DNA from: Macrostomum hystrix
Taxonomy: Eukaryota; Animalia; Platyhelminthes
NCBI GenBank assembly: GCA_950097015.1
Contig: CATNEN010000001.1
Span: 21,328,001 to 21,392,000, forward strand
Direction: 5' to 3'
DNA length: 64,000 nt
Of the stretch, positions 49,069-58,358 are shown piece after piece (position 1 is the first letter of the stretch; each line of letters begins with the position of its first letter). The translations under genes and the position numbers were made by a program. The notes under the pieces were generated by a model. That model was not told the origin of the DNA, made no database searches, and saw only the letters and a list, made by a program, of their open reading frames with translations.

Positions 49069-52000
49069 ATGTCCATTACAGCAGTTACGTCTCAAGCTAC
49101 CGTCTGTGCCGAGACAAAGACCTACGCGCTGCTCACAGATCTAGATTTTGGATTTTTGTCGGCCTACACAGGGGCTGGGGTGATGGGCCTACTGCTCAAC
49201 AGCTTCATTCTAGCAGCCGCCGTGTCTGACGGAGGCTGCTGCGGTGCCAACGGCGTTGGCAGCGGCGGCATCACGAAGAGGTCCAGTTTTCGTAGACTGC
49301 TCATCATCGTGGCAGTGCTCAATTGCATATTGAGTGCGCTGCTCATCGCGCAGGTGAGTAGCTCTGACGGGGGGATGGCAAAAATATTCAAGTCATGGAT
49401 TGCAAGACTATTTAGTTAAAATGGATTGCTAGACTATTCGATTCAAATGGATTGCTAGACTATTCGATTCAAATGGATTGTATGGATTTTTTGGATTGCT
49501 AGTCTATTCAAATCATGAGAGTGGATTGCTAGTCTATTCAAATCATGAGAGTGGATTGCTAGTCTATTCAAATCATGAGAGTGGATTGCTAGTCTATTCA
49601 AATTTCAAATCATGAGAGTGGATTGCTAGTCTATTCAAATTTCAAATCATGAGAGTGGATTGCTAGTCTATTCAAATCATGAGAGTGGATTGCTAGTCTA
49701 TTCAAATCATGAGAGTGGATTGCTAGTCTATTCAAATCATGAGAGTGGATTGCTAGTCTATTCAAATCATGAGAGTGGATTGCTAGTCTATTCAAATCAT
49801 GAGAGTGGATTGCTAGTCTATTCAAATCATGAGAGTGGATTGCTAGTCTATTCAAATCATGAGAGTGGATTGCTAGTCTATTCAAATCATGAGAGTGGAT
49901 TGCTAGTCTATTCAAATCATGAGAGTGGATTGCTAGTCTATTCAAATCATGAGAGTGGATTGCTAGTCTATTCAAATCATGAGAGTGGATTGCTAGTCTA
50001 TTCGATCAAATGTAAGGCTTTTAAGTACCAGTAACAATAGTAAGACATTCATTTTCATTTGATTCTATAAATAGCATGCACTCAGTCTTAGGCCAACAGA
50101 TTTATCTGAAACTGAATAGGACTCAGTCACAATGCAGGCACTTAAACAAATGGCATTTTGTTAATTCTGTCACAGACTACCAATTATTCAATCTAATGTT
50201 TTTCCATCGCTTTCGTTTCGAGCGCCGTCTGGGCGCTGGGACAAAGGAGCTCATTTTCTCTCCATGCCACTTAGCTTTATTTATACTGACACTTTCAGTT
50301 TCCATCTATGAATTTTAATGGGAAGGTGCTAGACTAAATGGATTGAGTATCCGTACGAGCTTACATGTATGACATGTTACATTACATGAGTTATAATTAT
50401 GGACTGCTAGACTAGCCTCCAATAAATGATGGAGTAGAATGGATTGCTAGACTGGCCTCCAATATATGATGAAGTAGAATGGATTGCTAGACTGGCCTCC
50501 AATATATGATGGAGTAGAATGGATTGCTAGACTAGCCTCCAATATATGATGGAGTAGAATGGATTGCTAGACTAGCCTCCAATAAATGATGGAGTAGAAT
50601 GGATTGCTAGACTGGCCTCCAATATATGATGGAGTAGAATGGATTGCTAGACTGGCCTCCAATATATGATGGAGTAGAATGGATTGCTAGACTGGCCTCC
50701 TATAAATAAAGTGGAACGCTTGAGTCAAGTTTTAGTCAATGGACGCGCAAACAATAGGCCTTTTCTCCCGCGAACAAACAGTCTTTAGCTGAAAACAGAG
50801 ATGAAATAATCTTTTTGCTAGAACAAGAATGGATATTTTATGTTGGTAGTTCAGCGCTATTGCATCTTGGCTGACAATTGATAGCTGTCTCACTGTCAGA
50901 CCAGCTGCCACACGGACTGCAAATAGGAATCAAAAGCAAATACGCTTTGAAACACTTGCAGCGCTCGCTAAAACTGGCTTAGCACTTTCTATTCGGAGGC
51001 TTGTCTTAGTCCTACAATAACGGGTGTAGGTGCGATCGATAACAAATCTCTTTGATTAAACTGCTAAAATGTACTTTACTTTAAAAATTGTCTTCTGTCG
51101 TTTAAAAAGAAACGAATGTTTCTTCAAAATTGATTTCCTGTAGATCAAATCCACAAATGCATAAATTTTTTTCGTGTTCTCTTAAATTATTGGTATTAAT
51201 ATTACGAAAATACTTTTTTGAAGAGAATGGGTGATAAAAAATAACGATTTTTCGCCTTTCTGACAAAAAAACTAAATGTTCGTGATATTCTACTTAGTAA
51301 AAATAGTACTAAATAAAAATTAGTAAAGTTGTTTCTAAGACTTAATTTAATGTAGCGTACTATAAAAACACTGTAAGAGACATAGGAATTAAAATTTGAG
51401 TCAAAGTTTTTTGCAATCAAAGTATTTCGATAAGCTTTTTTATAAGACAGTGAAAATAGGTTTTTCTTCACATATAGGCTTGTCGAGTATTGTGTTGCAC
51501 TGCTTGTTATTAATATATAGTTAAAACTGTTTTAATTAAAACAACATTTTTTTTATTTTCGTAAAAATATTTTACGAAGTTGTTTCTTAAAAATGCAGTG
51601 TGCATTCATATTTTAGAAAAAAAATAACGAAAAGCGCTATTTATACTACTTTTTGCTTTAAATATCACTTCTGACGCCTCAGCGAATGGCCGGGCGCAGT
51701 GGCATGCGTCTGTAATCCTGCTACTTGGAGGCCGGGAAACGGAACGGCTTGAGGCTGGGAGTCCTGTCTTTCGTCGCTCTATGTTGATCAGGTGTCCACT
51801 CTAAGCCTGGCGTCAACATGGTAGCACCTTCGGAGGAGGGTGCGGCCAGGTTAGCCAAGGAGAGACGTACCGGCCCAGGGGGGAAACCCAGCAGGCAAAA
51901 GTCTCCGCGTCAAGCAGTAGAGGGATCGCACCCGTGAATAGGCGGCGAGAGGTAGCCTAGCCAATACAGACGGACTGTAACCTTTTGCGTTTTATCGACT

Positions 52001-53533
52001 AACAAACAATGTGATCAGGGCTTATAACTCTAGTTATAAGTTATAAGCGTATTTTTCCGGCCAATATTATTCCTTCTTTCTCTCTTTAATTCTGCGTATT
52101 GTCCCTTATGCTTTCTCTGGTGGCCCTGAAAAGGGCCGTTTTAACTCTACAGATCCTATTACTTTGTGAGTCTCCTTAAGGTAGCGCTTGCACTTGGCAT
52201 GAGCGGTTTATCCTTCTAAGGCACTGGTCTCTTATTCTCCAGTCTTTACTGGGCGTTTATCCAGGATTAGAGGGTCACAGCCTCAATCTTCGTTTTATCT
52301 ATACACTGAGCACTAGTTCCTTCTTAGATTGACTAGCACAACAACTTCACTTATTTAAAGATTCCCAGTTATTTCCTTTATTGTTTAGGCTCACTGGCGA
52401 ATTGTATTTTTTTCATAGAACTCCTTTTATACAGTTTGTGAGTTACATATGTTTTAATAAAAGCAATTTCATCAGATATATAAAATATATTGTATACTTT
52501 GAAAATAGTTTTTGAGCGTGGAATTAACTACAAAATATAATAGAGTATTAAACTGCCACAAATGTAATGTAGCGTAGCAGTGAAAAATCTCGTTTTCCTA
52601 CCGTGTATATTTCCTGCAAATGCAATTTTCCTGCAAAATTCTAATAACTGAATCTGTTCTAAACCATCCCTTCAAGTCAATAAGACCGCTAAATAATGCC
52701 GCCACACATACTTCACTTTCCTACACCTTTAACAGATGATGATTTACATCTGGTTCACAGCCACTCTTGGCCTCGACAAAGTGGAAGGCAATCCGCAATT
52801 TAGCTACGAGCGCTTCTATTGGCCAGCGTCACTATTCCTGTCTCCGCGGGACGCTCTGATAGGCTCAGAGATGGCTGCCAGTTTCTGCCTAGCTATCGAT
52901 CGAGCCATGGCGGTGTTTCGACCGCTATCAACTAGCTGGAATCAGCGCACAGCCACGCTGATGTTCCTATCAATGGCTGGTCCCTTCATTGTGGTTGGCA
53001 GCGCGATTCCCATCGCAGAGTCCCTGACGGTGAATTGTCAGGAGCGCAAAAGGCTCGGCGATACCATCCGAGGACTGCACGTGATCGTCGCTGCGTCCCT
53101 GTTCTTCGGATCGACGATAGCCTACGTGGCTACATTCGCACGCCTGATGCTGCATCGGCGTCAGCAGCGACAGCAACAGCAGCAGCAGCAGGCAAAGACA
53201 AACGTCATGCTAAGACTGTCTGCCATGCTGACTACACTCGGTATCTGCCGTCTAGTGATAATCACCCCGTTCACTGTGCACTATGTACTGGCAGACACTG
53301 GACTCAAAATGGCCTTCGCTCTGCACCACACCTTCCTGCTCGGCTGCCTGACTGACCCGCTGATACTGTTCGCCTTCATGGCCGAGTTGAGGCGCGAAGC
53401 TAGACGACGACTAGCCCGCTGCTGCTGTTGCTGCAGCAGATTGAACTGCTGCTGCTGCCAAGCCAATCGGAACAGTGTTGCCACGAGTGATAACAAGGTT
53501 CTGGAGACGGTGGGCGGTGATTGTCCAAATTGA
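49069..53533 (+). CDS. Orphan rhodopsin-like (class A) GPCR, ~360 aa; exons 49069-49353 and 52736-53533
   Basis: Phase 0 intron (cag|gtgagt ... ttaacag|atg). TM1 GVMGLLLNSFIL, TM3 end LAIDRAMAVFRPL, TM7 LTDPLILFAFMAELR, seven hydrophobic segments, Cys-rich tail. Confidence 0.85.
49420..50003. repeat. 30-nt minisatellite in the GPCR intron
   Basis: Unit gagagtggattgctagtctattcaaatcat. Confidence 0.95.
50400..50700. repeat. 40-nt minisatellite in the GPCR intron
   Basis: Unit ggattgctagactggcctccaatatatgatggagtagaat. Confidence 0.95.
51689..51986 (+). ncRNA. RN7SL: 7SL / signal recognition particle RNA (metazoan SRP), full length
   Basis: Starts GCCGGGCGCAGTGGCATGCGTCTGTAATCCTGCTACTTGGAGGC (Alu domain); GGTGTCCACTCTAAG, GGTTAGCCAAGGAG; helix 8 CCAGG-GGGGAAACCC-AGCAGG; GGGATCGCACCCGTGAATAG; about 295 nt ending in a TTTT Pol III terminator. 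Confidence 0.96.
52118..52142 (-). other. Perfect histone-mRNA-type 3' stem-loop, no recognisable histone ORF upstream
   Basis: Minus strand reads AAAAC-GGCCCT-TTTC-AGGGCC-ACCA, an exact fit to the metazoan replication-dependent histone stem-loop and its flanks. Confidence 0.75.
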
Positions 53534-54297
53534 ATGAATTTACTGTAGCCGATCGAGACCTTCTACAATAAGACATGAAGCAATTGACTCCTACTTGTGC
53601 TGACAATGACCTACTAAAATTTGTCAACGGCATCAAGAAATAAGGACGCTCTTCGTCCTACACCTCCGAAGGTAGTGCTGACGAAGTCAAAACTGGACTA
53701 TCGAAAACCTAACGAAAAAAAACTTATGCACACACAATAAATTTATCATTTCGCGATTTCTTAACATGACTCTTATTACCTGTCTACCTGAGCGATTGGT
53801 AGCACCCTAATTGGTAGGACTTAGTGCTCTATAATACTCTCTATACTACTGATATACTACCGGTAAGTCATAGCCGAGATAGGGCAAGTAGCCTCTACCG
53901 AGCATGTATCTTTCTTTCTTATTGTAACCTATGAAAATCCGACAGATCTAAAAGTCTTGTTTAAGCCGAGAGCATAAATCAAATTTTCCTGAGAAATTTT
54001 ATTGCTTCACCCTGTCATTTCAGTTCAAGTCGTAAACCAGAATATTTAGTAGCTCCAGTGTCTAATCTCCTGAACGAAAAATTCTGCTCTGAAGAAGAAT
54101 CAAAATTTCCCAAGAGACGAATCGTAAAGTTTCCTGTTCTCACTTTCGAACGATTTATCGCTGTGATGTTGCAACTTCATAAATATCTAAATATTTTTGT
54201 ACGTTTCTCGTTCAGCGTTTTGATGCCTTACATACTCGTAAATATGCATTAATTTAAATGTATCATTGTACTCGTAAGTAGGTCAGCGATTAGTAGG

Positions 54298-55112
54298 TCT
54301 TCCACTGCCTCCTCACACTTCAGTAGATGAGCCACTGCCTTCTCGCACTTCAGTAGATGAGCCACTACCTTCTCATACTTCAGTAGATGAGCCACTGCCT
54401 ACTCACACTTCTGTAGGTCAGCCACTGCCTTCTCACACTTCTGTAGGTCAGCCACTGCCTACTCACACTTCAGTAGATGAGCCACTGCCTTCTTATACTT
54501 CAGTAGATGAGCCACTGCCTACTCATACTTCAGTAGATGAGCCACTGCCTTCTCACACTTCAGTAGATGAGCCACTGCCTTCTCATACTTCAGTAGATGA
54601 GCCACTGCCTTCTCACACTTCAGTAGATGAGCCACTGCCCTCTCACACTTCAGTAGATGAGCCACTGCCTTCTCACACTTCAGTAGATGAGCCACTGCCT
54701 TCTCACACTTCAGTAGATGAGCCACTGCCTTCTCACACTTCAGTAGATGAGCCACTGCCTACTCACACTTCAGTAGATGAGCCACTGCCTTCTCACACTT
54801 CAGTAGATGAGCCACTGCCTTCTCACACTTCAGTAGATGAGCCACTACCTACTCACACTTCAGTAGATGAGCCACTGCCTTCTCATACTTCAGTAGATGA
54901 GCCACTGCCTACTCACACTTCAGTAGATGAGCCACTGCCTTCTCATACTTCAGTAGATGAGCCACTGCCTACTCACACTTCAGTAGATGAGCCACTGCCT
55001 ACTCACACTTCTGTAGGTCAGCCACTGCCTTCTCACACTTCAGTAGATGAGCCACTGCCTACTCACACTTCTGTAGGTCAGCCACTGCCTACTCAAACTT
55101 CAGTTGGTCAGC
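54298..55112. repeat. 30-nt minisatellite
   Basis: Unit gccactgccttctcacacttcagtagatga. Confidence 0.95.
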
Positions 55113-55529
55113 CTCTATTCTCTCTGGAGACAATGTATTGAAAGCTTTTTTTGGAAATGAAAATTGAAGAGCTTAAGGCTTTAATTTTAGCTTTCTAGGT
55201 GTAAAAATACACAGGTGTATTTCTAAATGGGGAATCGTTCTCTGATTCAGATAACTAAACTACCGTTTTAAAGTCCGTTCGATATCAGACAGCTAGTTGC
55301 GCTATTCCATCTAAAGCAGTAAAGTATCTGATAAATAATTCATAGCTAGAACTACATTTACAAGTGCAGCAACTGTAATTAAAGCTCAATTAGAATCCCA
55401 CCAACTCCATCATCTGGTTGTCTGACCGTATTGACCTAAAAGCCCTATGAATAATAAACAACGACCTCTAAACCTGGACATCTCTTTTAGCTTTAGCCTT
55501 AGTGTGTCTTATGTCTGATGTACTGCCGG

Positions 55530-55710
55530 AGCGTTTGACTCTTTTACCAAGGTTCGATTCCGCGGCGACATCGCATTCATTCGCAGAGAAGGCTTGTTAA
55601 GCATACAATCTACAGCCATGAGGGCCAATCACCAAAGCAGTGAGAGTGGCCACTGCCTGACGATGAGAAAATCAGGGCAGATGTACACACCTGTGTGAGT
55701 GTGTGCCTGT
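55530..55710 (+). mobile_element. tRNA-derived SINE, diverged partial copy
   Basis: ccaaggttcgattccgcggcg (B box), gagaaggcttg, cagtgagagt, ctgcctgacgatgagaaaatcagggcagatgtacacacctgtg. Confidence 0.8.
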
Positions 55711-55911
55711 GTCCACAGCCATCCTGCAGTTATTAATTATCATCGCCATTATTGTTTAATTGTAAATTAGCTATGTTGACAGCTAATTAAATTTAACCAC
55801 TCTTTAGATGGGCTATTAAAAGCGAAAAAGTCGCTCGAGGTTGACGAAGCTCGAGCAGTGTGCTCATGCGAAATTGTTAAGCATTTTGGTAGCATTGGCC
55901 GAGCTGTCGGG

Positions 55912-57288
55912 TCAGCGAACCGCCGTATCGAGCACCGCTGCACTCTGCAACACGGCTGCCAGTTTCTCCATCGCGAAAATGATGAACTCCTCGCGGCTCA
56001 ACGCGCCATCACTGGCCCCGTGCAGCTCCGAGTTCGAATCTTCGACAGTTGTCACCGTTGTTGTCATCGTTGTTGTTGTCGTCATTCCTCGGCAACCAGC
56101 CGCTGAGACAACAGCCGCGGCCTCTTCAAGTAGGCGGTCAGCCAGCCGGCCAGGACTGTCCGGTCCCAGAGGCGGTCTGGTGAGCTCACAGCAGCAGAGG
56201 TCCAGCACGGCTGCCGACACGGACAGGCAGTCTTGCCGAGACACCAGACCGTCAGAATCGACGTCGTATAGGCGGAAGAGCCATTCGGCCTGATCGCGCC
56301 GGCTGCCTCGGGTCAGCAGTGCGAGAGCCTTCAGCAGCTCTTCGACTGACACAACACCGTCAGCGTCCTCATCCAGTGTGTTGAAAATGTAGTGTGAGAA
56401 CAGGGTAGCGTTGCCAGTCGGGAACAGCTGGCACATCGCGTCAGTGAACTGGCGTCTCCGGACTTGACCGGACGGGCAGTGCTGCTTCAGCCGGCGGTAG
56501 AGAATCTTCAGCTCGTCAGTGGAGAAGCCTGTCCGGCGCGACAGAGCTTCGAGGCTGGACGGTCGGCGGCCTTGCTGTCGTTGATGGCTGTGCTGGTACA
56601 TGCGCAAGAGGTGCTGCTGCTCCCTCAACTGCATTAACTCCCGACTGGACAGTTCTGAAGCCGGCTGGAAGCAGCTTCGGCAGAGGCGCAGTAGACGGCT
56701 GAGGATACTGGACGATGGTGACGGCTGGTCTCGCCCGTTTCCGATTGCGTCGATGTCAGAGCATGAAGCGCGTGCATTTGCCGCTGCGTCGAGCACGGAA
56801 GATCGGCTCGGCGTTCGCGACTTGCGCTGCTGCTGAATGTTGCTGCTGGACGATGCCGAAGGTTGAAGCTGGCGCTCTTGACGAACAACCTCGGCCAGCT
56901 CCTCTGGCAGTCGTTCCAACGAAAGGCGGATTCCGGAGGACTCCATTAGCGAGACAATCGACGGACGTCGCTGGCGATGTTGCTGCTGGGGCGGCAGGGG
57001 CAACTCACCGACAGCACACGTCTCATCTAGTAGAAGATGGTTGACTGGAGCTCCGCCGCTGGCTGTCGCCGCTGGATCAGTGTTGCAGCAGCTCTGCCGA
57101 CGCCGCATCATCGGATTCCTATGCTGTGCCGACTGACGAAAATAATGAGGCGAATGGTGCTGCTGGTAGAGATGATGCTGCGGCTGCTGAGCTGCAGTCA
57201 GCGAGGCGCTGCCGGCTTGCTGAAGGTTCGCAGCGCACAGCACCTCCCATCCTGCGTCGAGCTGTTTTGTCTGCAGACTCTGCGCCAT
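55912..57288 (-). CDS. Kv channel-interacting protein (KChIP)-like neuronal calcium sensor, intronless, with a long Q-rich N-terminus
   Basis: RPSSLEALSRRTGFSTDELKILYRRLKQHCPSGQV..QLFPTGNATLFSHYIFNTLDEDADGVVSVEEL..LTRGS..EWLFRLYDVDSDGLVS follows the KChIP core (RPEGLEQL..T.F..ELQ.LYRGFKNECPSG..FFP.GD...YAH.LFNAFD). Confidence 0.9.
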   Translation of the reverse strand: MAQSLQTKQLDAGWEVLCAANLQQAGSASLTAAQQPQHHLYQQHHSPHYFRQSAQHRNPMMRRRQSCCNTDPAATASGGAPVNHLLLDETCAVGELPLPPQQQHRQRRPSIVSLMESSGIRLSLERLPEELAEVVRQERQLQPSASSSSNIQQQRKSRTPSRSSVLDAAANARASCSDIDAIGNGRDQPSPSSSILSRLLRLCRSCFQPASELSSRELMQLREQQHLLRMYQHSHQRQQGRRPSSLEALSRRTGFSTDELKILYRRLKQHCPSGQVRRRQFTDAMCQLFPTGNATLFSHYIFNTLDEDADGVVSVEELLKALALLTRGSRRDQAEWLFRLYDVDSDGLVSRQDCLSVSAAVLDLCCCELTRPPLGPDSPGRLADRLLEEAAAVVSAAGCRGMTTTTTMTTTVTTVEDSNSELHGASDGALSREEFIIFAMEKLAAVLQSAAVLDTAVR

Positions 57289-58069
57289 CACTGATCCTTG
57301 TCAACAGGTCAATGCGCTTTATTCTGGTAAATTTCGCAAGAGACCTGCGGAAGACAGTTCTTATACCTCAACACTTCACGAGTCATCCAATCGTGGGAAT
57401 TTTCCTGATAGTCAACCACCATAACAGCTTTAGGCTGGCTCTGGAACTAGTCCTCTTATACTCTTGTTAAGTTGGGAATATAAATTTTGTTTCTATACAA
57501 GCAGAACTAGGCAATTCGCCAATTGCTGATGAACAATTTCGATTCAAATCCATTTGACCAACCAGTCAAAAACTGCCAGAAATTCAGTTCTTAGCTGTAT
57601 CAGAAGTATGTAGCAATTTGAAAATATATATCATTGAGTTTAATTGCATAGAAATCAGTATACGCAGCACAAAAAACGAAATTAACTTTCTGTTAAATTT
57701 TTTAATATATTGCGCCTCATAAATCCTTTTTAATGCATACTATATTCAGCGACATTTTATTGAATTTCTTTTTCTATAATCCGGAAAATGATTCGGGTTT
57801 AATAGTTACTACTGCCAGTAGGTCAATACGAAAGAGCAATTTTTTAGTAAAGGACGCTCACTTTAATTTCGCAATTTATCGCAATTTTACAGCGGTATAA
57901 AATAATTTGTACATATTATTTATAACCGCATAGAGGGGCCTGTTTGCTATGGATCTCACCATAGAGGTGATGTTGGTGCATGTACGAGCCGTACAATAAT
58001 ATTATTAATTACAGGAGGGCTGTAGGCAATGTTACGACATTTGGTGACACTAGACCCGCGGCCAACTAG

Positions 58070-58358
58070 GAGGCAATTCTTCCCATTTCACTGACTCCTG
58101 AGCACACACGCACACAGATACTGTACGTAGGCACACGCTCATACAGGTGTGTACATCTGCCCTGACTTTCTCATCGTCAGGCAGTGTACACTCTCACTGT
58201 GCCTTGGAGGTTGGCCCTCAAGGGTGTAAATTGTACGACAAGCCCCCAAGCCTTCTCTCCGCGGCTGCGCCCCAAATGAATGTGGCCTCGCCGTGGAATC
58301 GAAGTTAGAGACCTTGGTGCGAGAGGCAAACGCGTTAACCGCTCTGCCACCGACCCCC
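58070..58358 (-). mobile_element. tRNA-derived SINE, most complete copy
   Basis: A and B boxes in a tRNA-like head, conserved internal hairpin, 3' end ..ctcaggagtcagtgaaatgggaagaattgcctc. Confidence 0.88.

Noticed and set aside
52143-52400. Histone H2B pseudogene upstream of the perfect stem-loop
   Set aside because: Only scattered residue matches with stops and wrong spacing; not supportable without an alignment.
58150-58190. Hammerhead ribozyme in the SINE (CTGACGA..GAAA)
   Set aside because: CTGAC pairs with the downstream GTCAG in a simple hairpin, and no stem II / stem III / NUH arrangement could be built.
58290-58358. tRNA gene
   Set aside because: A and B boxes are present but the acceptor and anticodon stems do not pair, and it is attached to a repeated body, so it is a SINE head.
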